A stretch of DNA of 64,000 nt from Naegleria gruberi (lineage: Eukaryota): NCBI GenBank assembly GCA_000004985.1, contig GG738903.1. The stretch is one strand, 5' to 3'. This document shows positions 1-9,800 of this stretch, piece after piece (positions within the stretch are counted from its first letter, which is position 1; every line of letters starts with the position of its first letter). Made by a program: the position numbers and the translations under genes. Below the pieces are notes generated by a model that saw only the letters and a list, made by a program, of their open reading frames with translations, had not been told where the DNA came from and did not search any database.

Positions 1-147
1 AATATTTGATCCATTCCAATTCGAAACCCCAATTAAAGCTGTAAAAATTAACTAATTTCAATAAACTGTACTAACAATGAAATTGGATCAGTACTTGATT
101 AATAGCTAATTGGAGCCACCACTTGTTTTATCAACACTTGCAGCAAT

Positions 148-927
148 TTATTCCTTTGCACATTGAAGGTTTTCACACTTTCGTGGGACTCTCTTTTTCA
201 TCTCATTGAAGGAAGATGAGTTTCGATCGATTAAAGGCTCAAAATTAAATGAAGAGTATTCCAAATCGGGTATTACATTATTTTCCTGTAATATTTTGTA
301 AAGTTCCTTATTTGTTCTCCATATAATCTCAATTATCTTGCTTCTACTTTTCATACAAACCTCAAATACAGGATCATGGAGGTTGTCGTCTACTGTAGCT
401 GAACTCTCTGATACATTTCCAGAAATGCAAAATACCACAAACTTGTGCTCTTGATATTCCACAGTATCATATGTGAATTGAATGTTTTCTTTTTGGTAAA
501 TACTTCTGTACACAACAAGCATAAATTGTGGTTGTAATTTTGATGAACATCCCAAGCAAAACCCTTCTTCGTATTTAATATGATTGCTTTCTATAATTGA
601 CGCTTGTTTTTTGGAAATTTTCTTAAATTTGGTATTAGAGGTGTTTACTATTTTGATCCATGTATTTTGTTTCATGTTTGTGAAGTATTCATCGTCATAA
701 TATGTCTCCACTATTTTATATGTTTCCACAAAAGCAAAACCCAAATCAATAACTTTATCCACAACTTCTTTAATGTTTTGTGAGGTAAAGTGGTACTTTA
801 CTTTGATGCTTTTATCTGTCAGGCTTGTTTTACCAGAAAGTAAGAAGTATGGGAATTTGTGAATCAACATAGTCGGAAAGTAAGAAGATTTTGTGATCTC
901 CACCTCTTCTATTTGGTGTAGACTCAT
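148..927 (-). CDS. Hypothetical protein (259 aa ORF); weak resemblance to a CYTH / triphosphate-tunnel-like domain (IEEVE.K near N-terminus, ETYYDDEY motif)
   Basis: Long uninterrupted ORF on minus strand; motif-level resemblance only, recalled from memory of thiamine-triphosphatase/CYTH proteins; start may lie in an upstream exon. Confidence 0.3.
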   Translation of the reverse strand: MSLHQIEEVEITKSSYFPTMLIHKFPYFLLSGKTSLTDKSIKVKYHFTSQNIKEVVDKVIDLGFAFVETYKIVETYYDDEYFTNMKQNTWIKIVNTSNTKFKKISKKQASIIESNHIKYEEGFCLGCSSKLQPQFMLVVYRSIYQKENIQFTYDTVEYQEHKFVVFCISGNVSESSATVDDNLHDPVFEVCMKSRSKIIEIIWRTNKELYKILQENNVIPDLEYSSFNFEPLIDRNSSSFNEMKKRVPRKCENLQCAKE

Positions 928-1331
928 TTTTTTAAATTGAACAACAATTAAGCTACTCGTTGAACTAAAATATTGAGCTGCAAGGGCTGTTCCACCTTGA
1001 TAATGGCGATTAAGACTGGAGCCTGCCTTGGAAGGATCAAAATCTATAGTGAGCAGGTCCCGACCTATTAAAATTGTCTGTAATGTAACTTAACAATTGT
1101 TGAAATAAGGATAAACGTTTCCAAACGCAACAGTTAAGAACTTCTTCTTGTTGGTGTGGCTTTTTTACCTTGTGCAAATTACTTGAAGGAATCGATAAGG
1201 TTATGGGCGAATCATTAACATTGTTTCTCAATATTTAATACTCTTATTCTAAAACTAAAAGAATGCAAAACATTTAATATTAAAACAGATTCACAAAAAG
1301 AGCTTTCCTAATAATCAAACTTTTGAATACT

Positions 1332-2147
1332 TTATTCATCAAAGTAGCGCTCCCAATACAAAACTCGAATGGTTAACTCTTTCCAATTCTTTGAAAAATA
1401 AATTGCACCATCTCCATTTCTGTATTTTGAAAGATCAGTATTTCTCTTGTAAGGAAACATTTCGTATAAATCTCTAATCTCCATAAAAGGTTCTGAACCA
1501 CAAGATTTAAATTCCCAAAATAAATCCGATTCAAAATTACAAAATATAAATCTTTTCGAATTTGGGAAATAATTTGGAGTGTAAATGATTAATTCAGTAG
1601 GTTCTGAATATTGAATGATTGCAAATAAGCAACATAGTGGCATTTCGTCTATTTCTTTCTTATCTTTACTCCCAACACGAACTGTATCATTGAAATAGTC
1701 CAACTTTCGTCCATTTCTTCCAGAAAGAAATCCAATCAACAAGGAAATGAACGCAAATCTCGACAATTCTTCACAATACTCATATTTCTCAACAAATTTT
1801 CCAAATTCATCAGGCAAACGCATGACAATATCCTCCACAGGATTATGATACACTGTAGTTGGTGATTCTTCATCATCATAAACTTTAACGGATTTCATTA
1901 TTGGAAAGTAGAATAATTTTCTGAATAATTGATAATAGAATAAATTTGAAGTCGTTGAATTGTCGTCGAGATCTAGAGAGTCGAAATGGTATTGATGATT
2001 CCTCATGTAAATATTGCAAAATTGTTGCCAAATAGAATTAGTTAAACAAGAAGAATTCCACACGGAAGAAACTAAACGAAAGGGAAGCAAATCTCGAGGA
2101 GGTAAAAATTGAAGAATATTGCATAGCTCGTATGTTGTGGTGAACAT
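1332..2147 (-). CDS. F-box-like domain protein
   Basis: 271 aa ORF; N-terminus LQFLPPRDLLPFRLVSSVWNSSC resembles F-box consensus (LP.E.L..IF..L....L.....VCK.W). Confidence 0.45.
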   Translation of the reverse strand: MFTTTYELCNILQFLPPRDLLPFRLVSSVWNSSCLTNSIWQQFCNIYMRNHQYHFDSLDLDDNSTTSNLFYYQLFRKLFYFPIMKSVKVYDDEESPTTVYHNPVEDIVMRLPDEFGKFVEKYEYCEELSRFAFISLLIGFLSGRNGRKLDYFNDTVRVGSKDKKEIDEMPLCCLFAIIQYSEPTELIIYTPNYFPNSKRFIFCNFESDLFWEFKSCGSEPFMEIRDLYEMFPYKRNTDLSKYRNGDGAIYFSKNWKELTIRVLYWERYFDE

Positions 2148-2154
2148 TTTTTTA

Positions 2155-2230
2155 AATTATGAAATTGATCCTTGACTTTTACAATTTAAATTAACAAATT
2201 ATGAAATTGCTCCTTGACTTTAAATTAACA
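2155..2230. repeat. Imperfect tandem direct repeat (42 nt + 34 nt copy with 8-nt deletion and 1 mismatch)
   Basis: aattatgaaattgatccttgacttttacaatttaaattaaca followed directly by aattatgaaattgctccttgactt-taaattaaca. Confidence 0.6.
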
Positions 2231-2261
2231 TGTTTTACACCCAACACACACAATGAACATG

Positions 2262-2460
2262 TTCATCTTGGTTCCTCTAATGGTCATGAATATCATATCT
2301 TTGATACTGCTGGTAAACCATTCGAAAAGGAATGGATGGAAATGATGTGAATCAAATTCAATAGGTAATGCATGAATTGCCAACAGGTGTAAACTTGTCA
2401 CTTTCTAAATGGATGAATTCAGAAATTGTTACAGAAAATGCAGTTGGATTTGTGTTTTGA
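2262..2460 (+). pseudogene. Fragment (3' end) of an IRG/IIGP-like GTPase, paralogous to the gene at 37212..37962(-)
   Basis: ~90% nucleotide identity by eye to the reverse complement of 37212..37420; encodes HLGSSNGHEYHIFDTAGKPFEK then loses frame (EWMEMM*), downstream part continues in another frame (PTGVNLSLSKWMNSEIV). Confidence 0.6.
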
Positions 2461-3347
2461 GCGTTTCTCTTTTACCCTTAATAGCTTCCATTACAATTTC
2501 CTTGTCATTTCTAATTTCCTCTGAGGCGTATGCAAGTAAACTTGCATGGTTTTTAATTGCTATCATTGCCAACTGTCTGTCATTTCTTAATTCCTTTGAT
2601 ACATGTTTATAAACAATGTCAGCATGTCGGTTAATAGCTTCTGTTACAATTTCTCTGTCACCTCTTAGTTGTTTTGAGGCATATTCAAACATCCATCCAC
2701 ATTTCTTAACTAGTTCCATTACAAGTTCTCTATTATTTTTTATCTCAATAGATGCAAATTCAAAAGCACTCATGTTTTGTTTAATAGCTGCCAATACAAT
2801 TTCTTTGTCTCTTAAATAATGACATACATGTTGAAGTGCAAGGCCATTTTGCTTAACAGCTTCCATTGCTATTTCTTTGTCATGTTTATTAATGTAATTA
2901 TATTTTAGACTCTTTCCATTATTCTTAACGGCAAGAAGTACTATTTCTCTGTTATATTGTAATTGTTTTGATGCATATTGAAGTGGCAAATCCATCAGTC
3001 TGGACTGCTTTCATAATAATTTCTCTATCACTTATCAAATCATCAGGACAATATTTCAAAACATCAACATTGTACTTAATAGCCTCTAAAACAAGTTCTC
3101 TGTCTCTTTTCAGTTCTTCACTAACGTTTTCAAATACTATTATTGGAAATATATTTACAATCATCATGACAATAAACTTGTTATTCCATAAATTCAACAT
3201 TTTCATAACTTTAATAGCCAAATTAAACATTCTATTAGAATTATGTTGGAAGAGTTTTGAAATTAAATAAAAACCATGTTTCTTATAATCAAAGTTGTAA
3301 TGGTCATCACCAACAAGAACAACATCATCTTTCTGACTTTGTAACAC
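2429..3347 (-). CDS. DUF4116-type repeat protein (two overlapping ORFs in different frames, likely one gene with a frameshift or unresolved short intron)
   Basis: Repeated ~30-aa units of the form E(L/I)V(L/M)EA(I/V)K.NG.AL(Q/K)YAS.ELR.D(K/R)EIV; ORFs 2429..2995 and 2952..3347 overlap by 44 nt in different frames. Confidence 0.4.
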
Positions 3348-3479
3348 TTGGTTAATAATTGGCTTGGCAATAGTTTCGTATTTTAGTGATGCATTGGAAC
3401 ATCTCGGATTTTCTTAATTAGCAACGGACTTGCAATAGATTCATCAAGAATAATTTGATGATTGTTTTTACTTATTTTC

Positions 3480-3930
3480 TTCTTCTTGTTTAAAGAGGTA
3501 GCATTTGAATGCCGCATCCTTAATAACGCGTTTTGTTTCTTTTTTAAAAATGGGGATGGAAAATCCGCCATTCCAATCCCAGATTCCTCCACCAACTGGA
3601 TCCACGAATTTAAGCGGTTTTTTGACTTTGAATCCAGCTAACAATCCGTCTGTAAAGTGTGNNNNNNNNNNNNNNNNNNNNNNNNNNNNNNNNNNNNNNN
3701 NNNNNNNNNNNAATTGTGAGTTATTTAAATAGTAGATACTTTTTGTTACAAAATCTTAGAGAACATGACTGCTTAGCCCATACAATGATTGTTTTAACAC
3801 ATTCCACAGAGACAAGGTGAGAAGCAATTTGTGGATAAAGTTACAAATGCCTTTCTATTTGCATTCTTGGATAATCCAAAAGATCTTTCCAAAGATTTGA
3901 CACAAGTTGTGGAAGCAAAGATAAATAATT
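3480..3930 (+). pseudogene. Degenerate IRG/IIGP-like GTPase remnant, paralogous to gene at 36387..37058(-); interrupted by an assembly gap
   Basis: 3782..3930 translates to [40 protein letters not shown], which matches C-terminus of 36387..37058 gene (EKQFVDKVTNAVPFAFLDNPKDLSKDLKPQVMEACK); 3560..3660 encodes STNLSGFLTLNPANN resembling the P-loop-proximal SSFINTLLKFFNPNI; no intact ORF. Confidence 0.5.
3662..3711. other. Assembly gap (50 N)
   Basis: Run of n characters. Confidence 1.
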
Positions 3931-3956
3931 AAATGTTGGTTTAATGCAAAAGGAAT

Positions 3957-4029
3957 CGCCCACCGTGGGGGTCGAACCCACGACCACAAGGTTAAGAGCC
4001 TTGCGCTCTACCGACTGAGCTAGACGGGC
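3957..4029 (-). tRNA. tRNA-Lys (anticodon CUU)
   Basis: Reverse complement gcccgtctagctcagtcggtagagcgcaaggctCTTaaccttgtggtcgtgggttcgacccccacggtgggcg folds as cloverleaf with T-loop GGTTCGA; identical to copy at 36227..36299. Confidence 0.9.
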
Positions 4030-4148
4030 TGTTATTGAGTCATTCCTTAATGACGTTAAATTGATTAACGACTTTTCCTTTGTGGCGATTTAATGCTTAG
4101 TTTACCAAAACAATACAAACTGAACTTTTTGACATTAGAATGTTAATT

Positions 4149-6392
4149 TTACATCAAAGATTTCATATCTACACTTTCTATCACAGATTGTAAACCCTCT
4201 AATTGGTTAGCAACACCTGTCAAGTAAGGTCTCATAGTATATTGTTCAGAATAAATCTTTTGCTTTGAAATATCTTGTAAATAATCACTCCAAGCATTAT
4301 CTGTTAAGAAATCCAACTTTTGTAAAAGTGTAGAAACAGCCTTTTCCAAATTATTCAAGTGAGTATCAAAGAGGAGGAAGCATCTCTCGCGCTCCTTCTT
4401 GATTTTATATTCCTTAGAGTGAATGTTTAGCAGAGAAGCTTTGGTTGAATTACTCTTCTTGTCCTTCTCTGCCAACTCTTCATTAAAGGCACAGAATGCA
4501 TAGACATAAGCTCCGTGAAGATAACGTTTTGCTTCCTTTACCTTCTTTAACATTTCATCAATCCAAAACAAGTGCTTATATGGTACATCAGTGTGCATGT
4601 AAATATCTGCTTTGAATTGTTGAATGTTATTCTTCATGTAGTGATTGAATTTTTCACGTTGTAACCACTGTTTGTGTTCATTCATTTTACCCTCATAGTA
4701 AATGTAGTGATGATAAAGATTCTTTTGGTGAATTTCATTTTTGGTTAAATTCATAGAATGCTCAACAACTCTTTCTTTACATGCTTCAAAATTGTGGGTG
4801 CTCCATTTTCCCTAACCAATGTTAAGATTTTCTATTTTTGAAATTACTTACAAAACATAACCAACAGAATTCATGTCTACACATCGAACAACTATTATTT
4901 TGTTAGGATATTTGAAAAATTATAAAACTTACGTCATGTGATTACAACCACCATTCTTTTCAATTGCCTTCTTGCAATTTGGACAGACTTTTGTGTTACC
5001 TTGAATAAATGCAATAGATGCACCTTCTGACATACCGCTCGATTTACCTTTGAAATCACTCACCTGTTGACAAGTGGAAGGGAAGTGAGGTTCCTTACCA
5101 CATTGGAAGCAAAACCTTTCTCCACAATAGCATTTCACATAGTGAATAGGTTCATCAATAGTTTTCTTAATAGCGCATTTACAACGATTTGATGGACATC
5201 TGGTAACCATAAAGTGATCACTCACATAGGTTTCAATTCTGTTCTCAATAAAACGTCTCTTGATTCTTTCATCATTTTTGAAGAATGAAAAGATAAAATC
5301 TTGGGTCAATGCAGCGTTACAATCCATACAATTGATACGTGTTTGTCCTAAACCTGAAGTTTCCTTAATCTTGACTTCTAAATATGATTTCCAGCAAGCA
5401 TTACAGAATGAATGACCACACATTGGACTCTCAGTCATTGGTACATCATCACAGAAACAAGCAGGACAAGTATTGTCATCATCGTTCGTTTGTTTTTCGC
5501 CTATTGGAATACCACATAATTTGAATACATAATTTTCACCCCTTTCCCAGTAATCGTGCGAAATATTTTCACTTCTCCATCTGTACTGTTTCAACATTGT
5601 AAGAACGATTTGATCTTTTTGAGCTCCTGACCATTGAATCAAATCCTTTGTATGTTGAACTTCTTCATCTTGCTCTCTGATAATATCCATTTCATCAATA
5701 AGAACCTTGTAGTCCTTCTTTTTCTTTTTGTATTGTTCCCACAAATATTCCAGAGTTTCTTCTTCCTTTTTCAAATCGAGGAAGAATTTTGGATCCATTG
5801 CTTTTCTTCTCAATTCTGATTGTAAAGTTTGATTGTGCAACTCTTCCTCTGAGTATTCATAGGCATCTGTCACATCAAGTACAATATGTTCATTATCGTC
5901 ATAGTCAAAGAGATTTTCATCATCTTCTGTTGGATCTCTATAAACTTCCTCTTCTTCCTCCTCTTCCTCTTGATATTCTTCATCATCAATTTCAATATCA
6001 CTTCCATAATCATCAATTTCGACATCTTCATCCTCGGCTATATCACTAGTTTCAACCATTGTTTCCTCCAGTTTAGTTTTCTCATCGACATCGACATTGG
6101 AATTGCCAACTACAGAAGATGAAGATTCTTCAATAATTTCCAACATTTCTTCATCATCATTATCCTTTTTACTATTATCATTGGAAATGTCAATAGTTGC
6201 TCCTTCTGATGTTTTTGGTGCCGATTCTTTTATTGCTTTTTCTTCCTCTTCTTCTTGCATCATGATCAAACGACTAATCGTAGCAGTTTCATCCTTTTCT
6301 TCTTGAAGATAAATCTTCAAAATTTCATCGGGAGTTCTCGATGGAAATAAAGAGTGAAGAGACAAGACTTGTCCTCTTACAATTTCTAACAT
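4149..6392 (-). CDS. Ariadne-family RBR (RING-between-RING) E3 ubiquitin ligase; 3 coding exons approx complement(join(4149..4811,4852..4891,4933..6392))
   Basis: Acidic N-terminal region, RING1 (CPACFCDD..CGHSFCNACW), IBR, RING2 start (CPNCKKAIEKNGGCNHMT), 40-nt micro-exon encoding (T)CSMCRHEFCWLCF, then Ariadne C-terminal domain (GKWSTHNFEAC...MNLTKNEIHQ...); GTAAGT donors at both introns. Confidence 0.8.
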
Positions 6393-6888
6393 GATTATCT
6401 AAAACAAATGTACAATGCCGATTAAACTTACCCTTCTCCTCTTTTGACCATGAATCAAACTTGCTCTTTGGAGGTTGTTTCTTATTGTTACTTTGTCGTG
6501 ATAACATTTTTTACTGGTTTGGATGTTTTAATAATAGATCATCATCATAATTTTCCACAAGTGTTGTTCATCCTATTTCAAAGTGGAGCTTGAATTTTCT
6601 GAAGATTTAGACAAGGTAAAACTGTTATCATCAGCATTATAATACTCTAGTATTTAATCATGTTTGCTTTCAGCAATTTCCATTGTAAATATAATATTCC
6701 AATCAAATGAATTAAAGCCTTCCGCAACAATGATACTTGAACAAATAAACAAGGAATAAGCCAAATTTTTGCTTTTTATTTTTTACGTAATTCAAAAAAA
6801 TTTTAAACCCTCTCCACCGCGTTTGCTGCCTTGTTGAAGTTTTACACCAACAACATCAAAACATCATCATCTTCATCATCAAGCAAGT

Positions 6889-9800
6889 TTGGAGAGTATA
6901 GAATTGATTTGGAAAATGATTGCCTTTGGACCTGATAACGAAAATTCTTTTCATACACTCTACGAACGAGTTTCAAGCCTAAGTTTAATTAAAGAAAACA
7001 AGGATAGTACAACAAAATTCTTTCAACTCCTTGCTAATTTCAAATCAAGTTTTCAATTCAAGTTTCCAGTATGTACAACAACAATAATTGTTAAATTAAT
7101 TTAATTGAATAGGAAAAATCATCAGATGCCAGAAACAAAATTCAAACTAATAATGTAGATATTAAAGGAGTGCCTTCAACATTACCGGATTCACTTAAGG
7201 AATTGGTTCTCCAAGTGTCCGATGCTCTTAATCTTAACGAGTTGGTTGCTCTCAGCTTGATTTTTACAGCAACAAAAAGTAATCCAGTAAGTACTTGTAC
7301 ATATTACACAAATTTACTATTGAATTAGCCACAAGTTTATGGAGTACATGAATATCAATTATCTATCAAACTTTTTTACGAGGACTATTTAAAATTGTTA
7401 TCATCAGTATTGATTTTATTCCAATCTAGATTTAATGAAGATTTACATCCTAATACCAGAGATGTTGTTGTTAAATTTACTAATGAATTGTTGAGTGATA
7501 ATATTATTTCATCAATTTGTGAACAAATAACATCCACATCAAAACAAATTAACGAAGCTCAAAATTTAATTACTACATTGGAACAACAAGGTAATCAAGA
7601 TTCCGTAAAAGTATATCAATCAAGTGAACAAATCAAGTACAAAGTCGAAATAAGAAGAGGCTTTGCTGAATGTTTGTTCTTTGCTTGTTCAAATATACAA
7701 TGTGATGACGATACATTCTTCAAAGTATTTAACACATTCATTGGATTACAAAATTTGTTTAATCAATGTGTAGCTAACAGAATTGGAGAAAGACAAGAGG
7801 AGTTCTCATATAGCTTCCCATCTATTTTTGAATATCTTCCAATAGGTACAAAGAGTATCTTTAGCATATTGTACTTATTAACAACAACAATTCTTTCTTT
7901 ATTGGATCCAACAATCGGAAAGATTAGAATTGATCCTAAGGGTGTTACACAAAGTCCAAACAACAGCTTATACAAACAACAATTCATAGAGAAATTCGAC
8001 AAAATTTTGGACAATTTAATGCCTGATGATCATGATGATTTGAGCTATTTAATAGATAGAACTCAATTTGAAGCCATGACTGCTTTACAGTGGTGTGTTG
8101 GTTTAAGAGTTCAAAATAATATCAAACCAAATCTTGAATTATTAACAAGAAGTGATAATGCTTTCTCTAAGAGTTTATCGCGAGGAGTTTTTGCATTCAT
8201 CACAACTGGACTTTTGAATAACAAGGTTTACAGAAGTGAAAGTGAAAATGTCAAAGAATTTATTGTCAACATACTAGGTGACTTGATATCCAGTTTTATT
8301 GTAAATTTGGAAGATAGTATTAATGATTCATTGGTTGATCAAATTGAAGAATTGAGAAGTTATTTAACAAGAAGAGATGACAATCAAGCATCTGAAGAAG
8401 ATGAGCAAAATATTCCAAGAGAATTTAATGATATTTTACTGTTATTGGCTGAATTATATCGTGGATTCCCAAGTTATACTCACAAATACTTTGATAGAGA
8501 TGCTAATCCAAAATTGAACGATTTTTTGAGAAAGACATGCTGTGAACAAATTACTTCCCTTTGCAAATTTCAAGTAGAACTTGACGTAACATTCATTTAT
8601 TATTTGGGAGTACTTTGTTCATTCAGTGGAGATTCTGTGGGAGCAACGAATGTTTTTGCTCTTTTGAATGACTCTACTTATCCACTTTTTAGCTGGGAAT
8701 ATTTCTTTAAAGTATTACTTGAAGAATTCCGTTCACAATGTTCAAGTAATGATGATTTTGTTTTTGAGAAGAGAACTCTTGATGCAATTTCGATTGTTCT
8801 TAAGCTTGTAGAAGTTGTATGTAGAAACTCTGAACAGAGCAGAGTTGCAATTTTGGACAATACAAACTGGCGTGTGTTAGGTTTGCTTTTTGAAATGATG
8901 TATGCACCAAAAATTACACCATGTTTGATGGGTCAAGTTTTCTCCACCTTGTCATCATTCTTGAAACCATCCCAAGGTGAACCAAGCAACATTGCTTTTG
9001 CTATTATTTCACAAATGGGTAGAATTCTCCATTATGAAATTAGAGATCAAAAATACGAAGTCTCAAGCAAGGGAGGTATTAAGTATCAATTGAATTTTAG
9101 AGAAGCTCAAGAAGGAGAATACTATGAAACTTTAGGATTCTTAGAACTTATTGACGCTCTTATTTCTAGCACTGGAATGGCTATTGTTGGGTTCACACCC
9201 TTCCTCAAGTTTATCCAAGAAGATGTTTTTAATAATTTCTCAAAAAGATATTATAAGGACCAAAGTGATAAGTGGCTGATTGCAAAGTCTTGTCTACAAA
9301 TATTTACAAAACTTCTTTCCAGATACACCCCATCTACTTCTGATTTTGAGGAAGTTAAATCATCCGAAGACGAAACACCAAAAGTCAATGACCCTCCAGC
9401 TGGATTCCAACTTATGAGAGATATGCTTAGTGATACTATTTTCAGAAAAGAATTATTTAAAATTGTTATAGGAGAAGATTTTAATCTTGAAGAAGAAAGA
9501 TATAACAATAGAGAAGGAGAAGCTTTGGAAAGATCAGTTATTTATGCTTTGGAAATCATTGAAACTACCTTACTCAAAGAAGATGATTTCATTAAATGTT
9601 CTACAAGCAAGCTTCATTTGGTTCCATTAGTGATCAAACGTTTAGAGTACCAATTACCTAATTCATTAATAATTAGATTGATTGATCTTATTGATTATTC
9701 ACATAACAATGAAATCAGATATAGAGTTGTTAATATCCTTTGTTTGATTAGCAAGAATGCTACTAAGTTGGTAAGCTTGTTCAAGGACAAGCGTAAGGAA

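Noticed and set aside
960-1080. Locally GC-richer segment (ggctgttccaccttgataatggcgattaagactggagcctgccttgg...gtcccgacc) examined as possible snRNA/SRP RNA
   Set aside because: No match to conserved U1/U2/U4/U5/U6 or SRP Alu/S-domain motifs that I can recognise; no T-run terminator
5880-6000. Short periodic ctcttc/ttcttc repeats considered as a possible CRISPR-like or satellite repeat
   Set aside because: They are codon-level repeats (Glu runs) within an open reading frame of the Ariadne gene; no spacer/repeat structure, and the locus is eukaryotic
5634-6306. Several plus-strand ORFs (5634..5819, 5789..6049, 5886..6122, 6097..6306) antisense to the Ariadne gene
   Set aside because: They lie in the GAA/GAT-rich acidic-stretch coding region of the minus-strand gene; low-complexity antisense reading frames, no independent support
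6325-6507. ORF MLSRQSNNKKQPPKSKFDSWSKEEKG... considered as first coding exon of the Ariadne gene
   Set aside because: A GTAAGT..TTTTAG intron exists but splicing puts it out of frame with the RBR ORF, and an in-frame TAG precedes M6392; treated as 5' UTR/uORF, start taken as 6392
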